A DNA stretch of 64,000 nucleotides from Vicugna vicugna (taxonomy: Eukaryota), in the NCBI GenBank assembly GCA_013265495.1, contig MU058065.1, positions 5,058,976 to 5,122,975 on the forward strand, given 5' to 3'. Position numbers and translations under genes: made by a program. Below, piece after piece: positions 51,345 to 64,000 of the stretch; positions within the stretch are counted from its first letter, which is position 1, and each line of letters begins with the position of its first letter. The notes beneath the pieces are model-generated. The model was not told the DNA's origin and searched no databases. It saw nothing but the letters and a program-made list of their open reading frames with translations.

Positions 51345-51680
51345 CTTTCATTTATTCATTCACTCACTGACTCACTCATGGTCTCAAAAATTCATCTGAC
51401 AAATATTAAGTTTTTATTTGCAAAGGAACTGGGTTAGATGTTGAAAAAAATAAAATGATCAAGACACTGTGCCCATTTTTAGAAGGTCACAGTCCTTTGG
51501 GGAAGACAGACATTTAAATAAATTCCAGCTGAGTGCTATGTAAATACATACAGAATTATATGGAAGCATTAAAAAAAAAAGAGCAATGATTTGCCTGAAC
51601 AGACAGGGGAGGTTTCAAAACAAAAAGTATATTTGACATGGTTCTTCAGGGGGATAAGTAGAAATTCATTAATCAGACAA
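51345..51680 (-). mobile_element. L2 3' fragment
   Basis: TTCATTTATTCATTCACTCACT...CAAATATTAAG...AAGACACTGTGCCC...GTCACAGTC...GGGGAAGACAGACAT. Confidence 0.65.
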
Positions 51681-51709
51681 AGGAAGAAACAAGCAAAAAA
51701 TCCCAAGTA

Positions 51710-51875
51710 ACAACTATCGAGCTTGTACGTGCCAGAAATTATGCTGAGCCCTCTCCATGGATCCAGTGCATCATCTTATTTCATCCACATGATAGCCCCA
51801 ATGAGGTAGATCTTTTTTTCTTTATCTAACAGATGATGAAATGGGCTCAGAAAAGTAAGTTGCCCAAAGGGCACA
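51710..51875 (-). mobile_element. MIR SINE
   Basis: GAGCTTGTACGTGCCAG...ATGAGGTAGA...ACAGATGATGAAATGGGCTCAGAAAAGTAAGTTGCCCAA. Confidence 0.7.
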
Positions 51876-53296
51876 TCAGACGCAGGGAAACACAGGCAAG
51901 GCACTGTGTGTGAAAAAGCAGGAAGAATTGGGGAAATGATCAGTAGTTTATAATCTGCTTACAATGCAATAAGGGAGAAATCCTATGGGGAAAAGTAAAA
52001 CAAATGAGACAAGGACCATATCTGGAAAAGTCTCATCCAGAATTTGAAATAAATCCATTAGACAGCCTGGAATACTTGAATAATTTCCCCTTTCTTTCCC
52101 CGTTATGTGCATGGCACAGAGAAGAGATGGATGCCTCTGCCCAGGTCCTCTCCTGCTTTCTCCTTGTGCAGCTGATTAATTGCCATTGTAGGCCACGAGG
52201 GCCAAAGCACAGACGCCCTGCCTCTCCAGGGTAGATGTGCTTGACTTAAGCTATAATAGCTATTCCTTGGGTAACTCAAGGTTTCCCATGGTTGAAATAG
52301 CAGGAAATTCTGACAATGAGAAAGAATTATAGTCCCAGGTATGCCTTCTGCCATGGGAAAAGTTCCCGACTCCTTATGTCCTATTCAGAAAGGACTTCTG
52401 TTGAATGGGGATCATGGTATGGTTCTGGTTCTAAGGAATCCTCTCACCTGAAGTCACTTGGGACATTTCCAAGAGAGGAGAAGCCACCCGATATCCAGAA
52501 GCTTAGCTCAGCCCTTCCCCCCATGCACGGTGGACTCGCACGGTGGACACGCTGAGCAGAAGGGGTGATCCATCTTCCTGGTGTGCCTCGGCTTTGACTT
52601 ACAAAAGGCTCTCAGTTGGCTCTTGCCCCAAGTCACATATTTAGACACTCAGATCCTCCAGCAGAAGGAGAAATTTAGGTCTGCCAAGCAAATACCATGG
52701 ATTATTCATTGTCTATAAAAATATATTTAAAATCTGCAAATAGAAACAATTTTTAGTTAAATGGAGCCTTTTGAAGGCTCTCCTCCAAATCAGTGATGGA
52801 ACTGAAGTGAATACCTACTATGATCTGGGTCGTCAGAGGGCAAGAAGGCTGAGGTTAAAACAAGAATAAAATGCAAGCAAACAACTGCATGCTCAGGTAG
52901 AAGGTGCAGTGTCACAAGGGAGGTGCAATGCAGTCTGAGAATTCAGACACAGGGGAGAGCCCCTCTCTTTGCTAAATGTCTTTCTCCCAGAACTCTGTAA
53001 TAATTAGAAAGCTGAGCTCTGTTTGGATACTGCTTCTGCTTCATCTCCACAAATGGAAGGTGTAGAGGCGAAGCAAAGCAAATGAATCATCCACAAACTG
53101 CAAAGCGTGGGACTGATTATATTCCCAGTGAATGTGGACAAATAAATCTGTTGCCACATTCCCATCACAATAGCTCTGTGCTGATGAACAGGTTGTAATT
53201 TACTGGTTCATCAGGTAAAACAGTGCTCAGCCCAGAGGGAAGATTTTGGACTGTTAAGTATTTCTGGGAATCCCCATGTGCTGGCAAGTATATGGG

Positions 53297-53378
53297 TTTT
53301 GTCTTGTTCTGTTTTGTGTTTTGTTTTTATTGAAGTACAGTCAATTACAATGTGTCTATCTCTGGTGTACAGCACAAT
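53297..53378 (-). mobile_element. Very short L1 3' tail (camelid-type)
   Basis: TTTTATTGAAGTACAGTCAATTACAATGTGTCTATCTCTGGTGTACAGCACA is the reverse of the L1 termini at ~11640-11700 and ~42750-42800; preceded by a degenerate T-tail. Confidence 0.8.
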
Positions 53379-53727
53379 TTTTTAAAAATCCCTGTCAATC
53401 ATCTTATGCCAGCCATTTTTTCCCTCTTCTGCTCTGCTTCCTCCCCTGACTGCACACTCAGAATCATACAGCTAAGAAGAGGTAGAGCCGAGCCCAGCCA
53501 TGACTCAAATTCAGTTCTGTCTATCTCTACATCTAATACTCCTATCCAGACTGGATTCTCATTTTCTACCTCCAAGAAAGCATGGATGTTGGTCAAATTA
53601 GTATATTTCTAACAGAAATGACCCAGAAGATATTGACTTATCCCTATGAGTTTCAGGCCCTAACTTGAATATTCTACTCTTCAACTAGGAAAAGAATATG
53701 AAAAGCCAACTTGTAACCAAAACACTG

Positions 53728-53920
53728 TTTCATTCACTCATGTATGTATTTCATTCATCTATTTATTCATTTAATTCCTTTCATTAGTTTCTTCCAATTT
53801 TTTATTCATTCAGCATATATTGATTTTACATCTATGAACCAGACATTGCTTGAAGCTGATCATATACTGGGAAACGGGACAGCCTTGCCCCCAGTACTCT
53901 TGGAGCTACAACAGAACAGA
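53728..53920 (-). mobile_element. L2 3' end
   Basis: (TTCA)n-like start, ATTCAGCATATATTGA...CTATGAACCAGACATTG...CTTGCCCC...TGGAGCT. Confidence 0.55.
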
Positions 53921-54119
53921 AATTAATGTCTTCCAGAAAGCTTCCTTTCCCTAACCCATCCTGCAGATCACTAGACTCACGTTTCTCCACAGCTCCAAAA
54001 TCATCACTGATTTTTCAAACGCAGCACAGTTCTTTTCCTTATCTTTCAAGGGCCCTGGTGTCATCCTAATCTAACTAGCTATCTCTAAGGCTATTACTGA
54101 AATAATCATGCCACTTTAA

Positions 54120-54270
54120 ACATGATGCAGTAGAAAGCCCACTAGACAAGGAGAAAAGAAACAAGGAGATTTGAATCTCATCTCTGCCACTATTAACTCT
54201 GGAAACTTAAACAAATACGTTAATTTCTTTGAGCCCCAGGTACCTCACGTATTAAATTAGAAGAGGGAAT
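54120..54270 (+). mobile_element. MIR fragment
   Basis: GCAGTAGAAAG...CTCTGCCACTATTAACTCTGGAAACTTAAACAAAT...CTTTGAGCCCCAG. Confidence 0.55.
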
Positions 54271-57200
54271 AGATTTCAATTCAACATATTCATTGAACAC
54301 CTAATATGTATCTGAATTTCACTAGGTACCTCCCAATTTACAAAATCTATTTTATTTAAGCCTCACTTTAACAATGAGCAAACTGTAGGCAAATGATGTT
54401 GACTTGAATTAAGTTATATACTGACTAATTCCATAGATTTGGTCTGAACAAAGGTGTCCTGATTCTATTTTAAGATCCGACTTGATGACCACAAAGGACC
54501 TTTCCAGCTCAAAAGTCTACTCCTGCCACCGTTGCAGTTTTATTTCTATTTCTCATCTACTCAGAACCGACTCTAATTTAGCCAAAGTTGATTTCTCACT
54601 GATTCCCAACCATTCTCTCCTTTGCTTACAGACGGAGTCTCCTTTTCCTCCTAACACCCTTTGGATTTGCATGTAATTGAGCAAGAGGACCTTCTTTTTC
54701 ATCCTTTACTATTGGTAGGTATCTACCTTTATTCATGGGATCTAAGATATGTCATATCAACTCAGGTAGCATGTGTGTAAATTAATCATAAATTAATCAT
54801 TACATATCAAAATAACCTAGGTGTTTTATATCAAGCAATATGCTCAAATTCCCACTGTATGCAAACATAACAAAGGTCCAAGAGTCTAGAGGAGGGGTAA
54901 ACTGTTAACAGGGAGAGTGCTCAGGTAAATCTGACAAGAACAAGGACACTCCAGAGTTTGAAACATTGTAGGATTTACACCTGTCTCCACCTCTGGCATC
55001 AGAAATCAGAACATCAAGAATATAAACATTTTGTGCCATGCCAGATGGCTGGGCCATCGAAAAGGGGATTTCTCTATTGATCCTAGACACATAGTCTGAG
55101 ACCTAACCATTCTTTTGACAAATAATGACAAGAAGTAGGCCAAGAATCTCAAATTAGCCAGGAAGAGCTCAGTTTCATTGCATCTTATCTCTGATTTTAG
55201 TGAAACTTAACACTTGAAAACTTGCAAATTCCTAAGGGTACAGTGGGAAGATGAAGAACAGACAGAAGGGAAGAGTTCTATTGTGTTTCCTTGAATGGCT
55301 GCTACTTACCCTTAGTGGAACTGTTTTGAAAGCCCACTTGTCACAAATGCATCACTTAAGTGAATCCACATAGGTTGAGAAGGAAACTGGGAACCAAAGA
55401 TGGTGCTAAGAGTTCCAAGTTTCCTCCTCTTGCACTAGACTTAGCCGAGACCCTTCTGGAACCAGAAGCCTAAAAATCTCTGCTATTTTGTCAAGATCCA
55501 TCTTAAACACCAGCTGCTCCATGCAGTGTGTCTTGACTACTGAACCTTAAATGGCTCTGATCATTCTTGTCATTCCTTTCCTTCACCACCACCTCTTCCC
55601 CTGACATATTATGTCTATCTTTGTCTTCAGTCCTAAAGCTCTATTGCTACTTTTATGCCTGAGTATTCAGGGACATAGTGAAGTCCAGATCCTTTGTCCC
55701 AAGAGCTCCGCAAGACACTGGCTTCCTCTGACTTGAATGCCATACATGCTCTGCCATGATCTTTTAAGATGCACGACCACCCATAAAATCGAAATCTCCT
55801 TGAGACTCGCCCAGGAGCTCTTTGGATATTTTCCACTCTTGAACCTGTGGACTACTCATATGAATTCAGAGTTAGTCTCACCACAGTTTCCTTCTTACTC
55901 TTGAATGCAGAATGGGATTTGAAATTGCCAACTCAACCCTGTTTCTCTGGGGTGACGTTAACAATTTGAAGCTAGAACCACACCAGGGCTTCAAGGCATG
56001 CGTGGAACTCAGTTGCCTTGTCCTTTAAATGCAGCTAGTACTGTTCTGCCCATCAATGCCTAGGAGGCTGGTAGAGAGTATCTTTTCTCTACAGTTGCAC
56101 ATCTGGCTGAGCTCTGTCCCTACCAGCCAGACTATGCAGGGGCCCGAGGTGTGAACTTTCTGGCACCCACATAGACCAGTTAAAGTGACTCACATATGTA
56201 ACTCTCCCTATAAAAACAGCCTCTTGCCTTGTGGACAAAACCTCCAAAAACTTCAGTCACTCACCAAGGTCAAAATACTATGTGCCTGTCTTAAAGACTC
56301 TCATCTGGGTTATAGAACTGAAGTGCCAACTATAGAACTATAAAAACTCACCTGGGCTGATATAAACCTCTAATCACCAACGTCAAAACACTGCCTGCAC
56401 ACTAAGTCTATGGCCAAAGCCACACATCATGCCCCCTCAAAGCCTTGCCACAAGTATAGTTTGCGTCCCTTCAATTTCATTCTTTGACTTTAATTTCTTA
56501 GTGCTACTTACCACTGAAAAAAATATTGGAGGATTTTATTACCTGAAAACTTCAGCATCACTTCTGTCTGCCACTTAGTAGCAGAATACCCTTGTAGGAC
56601 AGTGCAATCCAAAGCAAATGTTCTAGGAAGGGAGGCAGGCTTCTGGGAAGAAGGGCAGAAGCAAGTCAATTATTCTTCCCAAATTTACTAATCAGTAAGC
56701 CCCCACATTCACTGATGGGGAGTGAGTTATACGGTAGAGAGAAGCCAAGAGATATACTTAGTCACGGAAAAAACCATCAGGAGTGGGGCAAACCATTCCT
56801 CCCTTCCCAGTGTCCTACACGGCACCAGTGGCACCTGGCAAAAATTTTCTCAGTTAACGGATGCTCTATAGACATGCAGTTATTGGCATGAAACTGAATT
56901 AGAATGAAACCTAGATGTTTTTTCCTTTTCTGTTTTCCTGTCACCCTAACAGAAAACCTTTACAAATGTGAAAGAAGCAAACCCTCCTGAAATGTACATT
57001 AATCCCTAAATCCCCCCAGTACGCCATCCAGGCATGAGATATTTTATTGACTGTAAGAGGTTTAATTAGAGAGTTCTTTACAATTAAGTTCACAGCCATT
57101 TCTCGCTTTGGCTCCAGACATGTGTCTGACCAGCTGTTTTAACTGGTTTTCCCCATGTGGACTAGTAGGAAATACCAAAAGAGGCTTTCGCCCTGGAAAC

Positions 57201-58659
57201 ATCACTGCACTGATTTTCCAGGTGGCTGTCCCAAGGCTTAGCCAAGGCCAGGCTTCCCTTATATCTGCTTAACTGCAAAATGTTAAACTGAAAAGGATAA
57301 CACAAACCGTCTAGGATAATGCTCTCATTTTTGCTCAGTTTAAAAAATGGAAGCCTAAAGAAAACCGGTGAAATTTTCAGGCCCCTCAGCATTGGCAATG
57401 GCAAAACCCAGGCTAGAACGCAGGTCATGTGACCCTTTGAAGAGGAATCTCTCTGCTCTGATGTCTTCTTCATGGCCCTCGGACCAACGGCCACCATTTT
57501 GATTGCTCTGCTCTCATGGCTGCAATGTCATACACTAAGAAAAATGGGAACATGAGCTATAACAACTATGATTCCACCAAAATTGCTTTGCATATTTCTG
57601 TTAGGGCCCGGGATGGGGAGGTGCAGACATCCTTCATCTAAAGCTGTTTGACCTCTATGTGATTGAAAGCAACATCTGGTCTCCAGGCTTCCAGCGGTGT
57701 TTCTCCTATCGAGAGGTAGCCAATTGCAGACAGATGTGACATTTCCTCAACACGTTGTGTTGACATCACTGGCATACACCTTATTTGAACAACGAGCAGC
57801 CAAGCTTCTCAACACCTTTAAATCCAAAGCAATTCCAGCCCAAGATGGCGGAAGAGCTATTTTCTGCCTAGAATTTTCCACAGAGCGATGCAGTATGAGT
57901 CCAGATCCCAAGAGGACCACCTCCCCTCGTATTTTTTTCTGCTCCATATCCTGTCATTTAAGCCCCAGATCATTCCCTTTCAAACAATAAATGTGAATCA
58001 CAGAACACAGAGCTATAGTCATGAACAGGTATATGGTCTACAAAAAATAATGGATACATCTTAAATTTCAGCCACCCGAAAAGCCCCCAGATGAAACACT
58101 CTCTTTTACAGCTGTCATGTTGTGATGTAATTCCTACTCTAAGCCCCCAGCCTCTTCCCAGTTCTTTCTCTCCTACCTACCTTTCTCCACCCTTGCTACT
58201 CTATACTTGATAAGGTTGGCAGGCAAATACCATTACCTCCAATTGCTCAAAGAGAAACCTTTGCGGAAGAGGCATCTCTCAAAGTCTTGGAGGCATCATG
58301 CAAGGAAGGCTCTAGAGAGAAACGGAATGTGGCTGGCCAGAAGTCACTTCAGTAGTTTGTGGCAAAACTAAGATTACAGCTGGGGACCTGATTCTGATTT
58401 CTGCGGTTATTCCAAGAGACCAAAGAGAAAAGTCACACAAACACTCAAGAGTTACTAAGGTACCATGACAATGCTGTTATTATTATTATTATCTACATTG
58501 TCAGTGTTATTAATAACAGCAGCTAGAATTATCTTCTCGATGGTCTTTTCTCAGAAAAGTTACTTTGTGACTTACATGACATCAAAGGCATTGCTTCAGT
58601 TTTCCTCTAGATTGTTTCTCCATCTTAACTTTCCTCATTTCCCACTTTACCTATAAATG

Positions 58660-58850
58660 GTATCTATTGGAAGATTGCTATATGCTAGGCACTATTTAAA
58701 GTGAATTAACTCATTTGATCCTCATACTAGGTGGAAATTGGTAACATCCTTATTTATAGATGAGGAAAGTCAAGTACAGCTAGTTTGAAATAGAGACAGA
58801 ATTTAAACCCAGACGAGTACTGGAGCCCATGCTAGGAATCCCCGTGCTGT
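58660..58850 (-). mobile_element. MIR SINE
   Basis: CTATATGCTAGGCACT...AACTCATTTGATCCTCA...ATTTATAGATGAGGAAAGT...AGAATTTAAACCCAGAC. Confidence 0.7.
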
Positions 58851-60106
58851 GCTCCCTCAAGACACACACTGAAAACTCTCAAACCTATATGGTCAGGCTC
58901 AGTAGCTGTTTAACCGAAAATTTTCGCTAAATAAGGAAGTCATTAAAAGGAGAAATACATACCTACATTTATCCCATGAACTTATTTTAACTTAAAACAG
59001 CATTTTTCTAGCAACTCACTTTTTTTCAACCTTTCAGAACCATTCAACTTTGTTTTCCAAAAACCAAGTCATTTTTTTTTTCCGATGGGGGCTCATGATT
59101 CACTGGTCCACATACTTACAATGATAAGTATTTTTAACATGCATAAACAGGTTTTTTTTTTTTAAGGAATACAGCTGGCACTTGGAAAACAGAAATAAAC
59201 ATTGAGCCTTCAGCAGACCACAGGTATCACTGAAAATGTTTGCAAGAAGGAATGGAAAACATTAGTTAGCCCAGTAAGTTGAGTAAATGGGGCTTAGTTA
59301 ATGCACTTTCTGCCACATCTAATGCCAATATGCTGTTATGCTATTAGACGCTCTCATGTGGCAGAGCTAAGTGGCACACAATATCAAAATTCTGCTATTT
59401 TTAAATGGAAATTAATAAAACAAGGGCTCACATAAGTACCCTAACTATTGGTTTAGATAGAAAGTGTTACAGTAATTCAGCAAAGAGGTAGCTCAAACAA
59501 AGAACCTAAGAAGCTAAGGAACTGTCTAATTCTAGGAAAAAGAGAAGAGAGGAGACAAAAGCTATTCTGAGCTTTTGTGTTGGGAGAATGAAACACAGAA
59601 TGAGGTTGAGAACATCTGAAGGTAGGATGGGACTGTCAGACTATGTAATGTTATTAATTTGAAGTTAGCAGAACGTCTACAAGTACATATCAGGGCATTG
59701 GCGTTGAGTGTTGAATCTTGGGACCAAAGTCAAGCTTGGGGAACCTAGTGAGGCTGTGAATCTGGGTAAGCTCTCCAAGGAAAAGAGAGGGGGAAAGTGA
59801 GGACAGATTTTTGAAACAACAGCAGAATCATTACCAAGCGTCAGCAAGTATGAACTAGGAGTCCTGGAGGACGGCAGTAGAGGGGTGGTCCACCACGTCC
59901 CCACCTTGGCGCTGGCACCCCTTCAAGAACCTAAAGTACTAAATGAAGCCACTTTCTTTTAACAGTTCTAATGCCAAGTGAGTCTAGTAATGTCCTTGTT
60001 TCTTCTTCTCTGGAGTCTTCCTTGCATGATGTCACCAAGACTTTGAGGAAAGTCTATTCAACCGAAGGGATCAGTTGCAGGTATTAGGGTTTTGGGAAGA
60101 GAATGT

Positions 60107-60153
60107 AAAACGAAACAAAACAAAACACAACCCAACAACAACAACAACAACAA
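60107..60153. repeat. (CAAAA)/(CAA)n simple repeat
   Basis: Read directly. Confidence 0.9.
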
Positions 60154-60307
60154 CTGCTTAGTCATTCAAGAAGCCCAATTACCTTTGAACTTCAGAGGGA
60201 CAGAATTATTAAAAGGTTCATGGGTGAGGATTAATCCAGTTTGCCTGACAGTGAAGGAAAGAAGGCAAGACAAATTGATATAGATGGGATTAAAAAGAGA
60301 CTCGTTG

Positions 60308-60400
60308 TGGAAGGGTATAGCTCGGTGGTAGAGTAGGCGCTTAGCATGTGCAAGGTCCTGGGTTCAATCCCAGAACTGCCATTAAAATAAATAAATCAAA
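60308..60400 (+). mobile_element. tRNA(Ala)-derived SINE, vic-1-like
   Basis: GGTATAGCTCGGTGGTAGAG...CTTAGCATG...GTCCTGGGTTCAATCCC...ATTAAAATAAATAAAT; same family as the 14316-14396 copy. Confidence 0.9.
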
Positions 60401-60402
60401 TT

Positions 60403-60532
60403 AGGAAGGAAGGAAGGAAGGAAGGAAGGAAGGAAGGAAGGAAGGAAGGAAGGAAGGAAGGGAGAAAGGAAGGGAGAGGAGGGAGGAAGGAAGGAAGGAA
60501 GGAAGGGAGGAAGGAAGGGAGGAAGAGAGAGA
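60403..60532. repeat. (GGAA)n microsatellite
   Basis: 14 perfect GGAA units at 60404-60459, then degenerate GGAA/GGGA units. Confidence 0.95.
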
Positions 60533-61599
60533 TAAAGGCTGACTCATGCCTGACAAGTGGGATAGGTGCCCTACAGTGCTGCAATTGAACACAGCAGACT
60601 TGGCCTCCACATGCTGATGAATGATGGGTGTGTTGAGGCATTGTCAGTGAAACCTTCTAGCTAACCCAGCAAGCTGGTCCATCCCTCTCTAAGAAAGGGA
60701 TGTGTTGATAGTTTGAGGACCACCGCCACTGTCCTGCAGCAGTGTTCTCCTTACCTGTCGGAGAAGAAAGCAATCTCACTTCCCTGCAGTTACACTCCAC
60801 TGTCAAAGGTCCAATCTTCCCCAGTGCCCAGTATTCCTGGTGTTACTGTGTTTCACTCACATGCTCACACATACATACCCACACTCCTAGCTGGGTCTTT
60901 CAGGTACACTGTATGCCTAAAAACCTCTCCCAACCTCCCCATCCCAGCTCTAGAGCAGATCTAGTTCCCTGCGCCTCAGTCCCCAGGATGAATTCCGTTC
61001 CTATCTGGGAATGAGAGATTTTTCTTTCAGGCAAAAGACCCCTTCTCAGTTTTGCTATTTCCAGCTGTCTGTGTTTCTGGCTAGAGAAAAACAGATCTAA
61101 TTCCTTACTGGTTATGTTGAACCTTTCCTACTAAAATATCATTGTGGTTTAGCTGCATGCATCAGAACTTCGAATAGATTTTAAAAAAAAACAACAAAAC
61201 AAATTAATATTTAATGGTAGACTCATACACTATATTTTTTTAACAGATATTTTCCCAGCAAGCTGGTCAACTCCTATTTACAACAGCCCTTTTCATTCTT
61301 ACTTTGCACTTTTCAATTTTTGCACTTCTACTAAGTGAGAAGCCTAACAGAGAATTTCAGCACTGGAGGAAAGAAATGACCCATGTTCCCCAGAGGGTGG
61401 AGTTTGGGGAGGACTCATTGACCAGCCATAAATTCACTGACAGTCAGTGTCCCTATGATACCTGCTCAGGGTCACACATATTGGTACCACAATTAAATCA
61501 GACATCATACTTGCAGATTATAAATCTTACTGCCATTTGTTCTCATATGTTCTATTTTTCTTGCTAGATAGTAACTTAAAGAAAAATGTCAACCCTTAT

Positions 61600-61990
61600 T
61601 TCAAAGGAACGTGATTCACTCTACTCATTTAGAAAAATTAGAAAGTGATTTTAAAAAATTAAAACCATCCATAGTCTGACACCTCCTGACGTAATTGTCA
61701 TCAACATCTCATTATATTTACTTGTCTTTTTTTTCCTGTTTCATATATTTGGCCATTTTTGCACAAACTTGTGACATTGCTATGTTTCAATTATATATCT
61801 GAATTATTTGATGTATATTTTATTGGAAACACTTCCTATCCTAATAAAAATTATTTGGGTGGCTGCATGGTATTCCCAGTATGATGAATTGTCATCATTT
61901 GTTTAACTCTTCCCTATTGAAAGACACTCAAGTTATTTCTATTCCTTATGTCACATAGATCACTGCAATCATCAGCTTGAGGATAAATGT
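61600..61990 (-). mobile_element. Old L1 (L1ME-like) 3' fragment
   Basis: GGCTGCATGGTATTCC...TTTGTTTAACTCTTCCCTATTGAAAGACACTCAAGTTATTTCT. Confidence 0.55.
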
Positions 61991-61999
61991 TCACTCACC

Positions 62000-62155
62000 T
62001 CACTGGCTGCTTGATCTCAGACAAGTCACTTGAACTATCTGTTTCTTCATCTATAAAATGGGAATAATACTAACCCTTCACTCCTAGGGTGGCTTGGAGG
62101 ATTAAGTTCATACTTGCAAAGTTCTTAGACTAGGGTTTGGAACCTAGTAAGTAAA
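62000..62155 (+). mobile_element. MIR SINE
   Basis: CACTGGCTGCTTGATCTCAGACAAGTCACTTGAAC...TTTCTTCATCTATAAAATGGGAATAATA...GAGGATTAA. Confidence 0.75.
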
Positions 62156-62739
62156 ATAAAAGTTTTGATGAAGAAATAAGTAAATTTTCAGCTCTTATTA
62201 TTAGCACAGGCCAACCAAACGCCAACTCAGCGAGCTCCCCTGTGCTGGGGTTTATGAAGAAGAAAAGAGGAATTTCTACAAGACACTATAAGAAGCTCTT
62301 GTCATCCTTTTTGCTTTTTGTGAAGCATTTGGTGATCCTACACAGAGCACACAGCAGGTGATATTTCTGCAACAAACACATGACCATGACTTGATCTCTT
62401 TAGAATGAAATGTTCTTTCTACAAATCAATCGCTAAATAAGCGGATGATCAGTGTCTATAATGAGATGATGAAATTGTACCTGTTAGATCCTTGTAGAAA
62501 AATTCTTGTCTGTTCTCAAAACATACCTTTTTTCACTGAAGATTTTATAAACTTTTACTATTTCATTGCATATAAGTTTAAAATGTATGTTATGTATCTT
62601 TGTTGACAGAACATGCAGTTTAAATGTGGGTAAGAAAAACCATCTAGTATCTAATTAGGTGTTAACACAAATATCATTTTTGTGACTATCTTTTCAGTGT
62701 GTATTCAGACAGATTTTCCATTTGTGCCTAACCAATATA

Positions 62740-63220
62740 GCTTCTGTTCAATACTACACATATTATTTTGTAACCAGCATTTTTACTTAACATGATACAA
62801 GTATCATGCCATATTGCTAAATTCACAGCTATGTTATTTTGTGGAAATCCATTTAGAGTATACCATAACTGGCTTAAATAAACCCCTGTTACTGCACAGT
62901 TAAAACGTCTCACGGCTGTAAACAAGATGATAATAAACACCTTGAGATAAGTATCTTTATATACTTGTCCAATTCTCTCCCTTAGGATAAATTCCTTAAA
63001 ACACAATGGCTCATCCAATCATCTGTATATTCCAAGATTTTTGCCAAACTGCCACCCAGAGTATCAACTCCCATCGGCAGAGTATGAGAGTGTCTGTTTT
63101 CCTACATCTTTGTCAACGCTGTTTTATTCTTGTTATTTTCACAGCGTGATAACTAAAATGTAGTATTTCATCAAATATATTCACATTTTTTGATTACTAA
63201 TAAAGTTTAAGCTTTTAAAA
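62740..63220 (-). mobile_element. Old L1 (L1ME-like) 3' fragment
   Basis: GTATACCATAACTGGCTTAA...TTAGGATAAATTCCT...TTGCCAAACTGCC...CTCCCATCGGCAGAGTATGAGAGTGTCTGTTTTCC. Confidence 0.75.
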
Positions 63221-64000
63221 GATATTTTTAAAAAAGTACATATATTGTAGACAGCATTGGAGTAAGGGGCTGAAAACTAAATATACTTACAATGTAGTCC
63301 TTAAAGTTATTTGGGTTGTCAACCACTCTGGATTTGATGAAAACCACTGGCTGGGGCACAGACACTAACAAGTTGCGTATAATTCCTAAGTCTCCAACAG
63401 TTTATCTATGGGCTTAATGATGTCCACAGAGGTGGCTGCCTTAAATTAATGTGAAGTGAGAAATCACAAATGTATCATGCTTCACTGGAATGTATCCAGT
63501 CCGTTTTCTGTTTTCTAGTAGCAGCGCACAGAACTAGAACTAATTCTACCAGCAACTCTTCTGGCCATGCTATATTTAAACAAAGTCTCAACATGAGAAA
63601 GATAAGCAAACTGGAAAGCTCCAGCTTCGGTAATGGATGATTTGGGTAGATGAGCCATTTTTCTTCAAGGCATTTGAGGCTGTGAGGTACAAGAGGGGAG
63701 CCCAGGACAGCCGCAAAGGAGTGCTGAGGTTGCGTCATTAATCCTCAGATAAGTCACATACAGCTCCAAGAGCTATTTGGCCTTACGGATTGTATAAAGC
63801 TTACGGGGGCAAAATGAGTACTGGTGATCTCCTCTGAGAAAATCTGCTGTAAAATAGCCAATCTCTCTATGAAATACATTAGGGGATAATTATTAACTTT
63901 TCTTTCAGATTTTTCATTTGACAATGGGTTTTATTATAGTCTCTTCTAAACAGTACCTAAGAGCATTTAAAAATAATTCCATTTTCAAAAATGTGATTTA

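Noticed and set aside
60396..60641. (PSFL)n repeat ORFs
   Set aside because: Translation of the GGAA/TTCC microsatellite.
61994..62070. Minus-strand exon from a MIR-derived acceptor plus GAG|GTGAGT
   Set aside because: The acceptor-like motif is inherent to antisense MIR copies; no independent support.
63510..63542. Short hairpin containing a miR-15/503-like TAGCAGCG
   Set aside because: The stem is only about 7 bp and the motif lies mostly in the loop; not a pre-miRNA.
1..64000. A named host gene or a novel multi-gene system
   Set aside because: No ORF or exon translation matched a protein I recognise; there is no CpG island, operon-like structure or RNA gene. Naming a gene would be a guess.

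Overview
AT-rich mammalian genomic DNA, most likely camelid (camel/alpaca/llama). The species call rests on two tRNA-Ala-derived vic-1-like SINEs and young cetartiodactyl-type L1 3' ends, all recognised from memory. The window looks like a large intron or gene-desert segment. I could not recognise any protein-coding gene: the supplied ORFs are decayed L1 ORF2 pieces, low-complexity repeats or chance ORFs. Much of the window is interspersed repeats: a near-full-length old L1MC-type LINE, several 5'-truncated L1s with TSDs, MaLR/ERVL/ERV1-like LTRs, Tigger/MER DNA transposons, MIR and L2, often nested. The best non-repeat signal is a candidate minus-strand spliced transcript, with a well-bounded 98-nt exon at 32460-32557 and possible partners at 35216-35315 and 7569-7608; together these would make a 31-aa small ORF followed by a second open frame. 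Also notable are two unexplained short insertions flanked by duplications, a 38-bp tandem duplication carrying nuclear-receptor half-sites, and an AG|GTAAGT recursive-splice-like motif. I found no convincing novel multi-gene system. Repeat subfamily names are by-eye calls and need RepeatMasker/Dfam confirmation.
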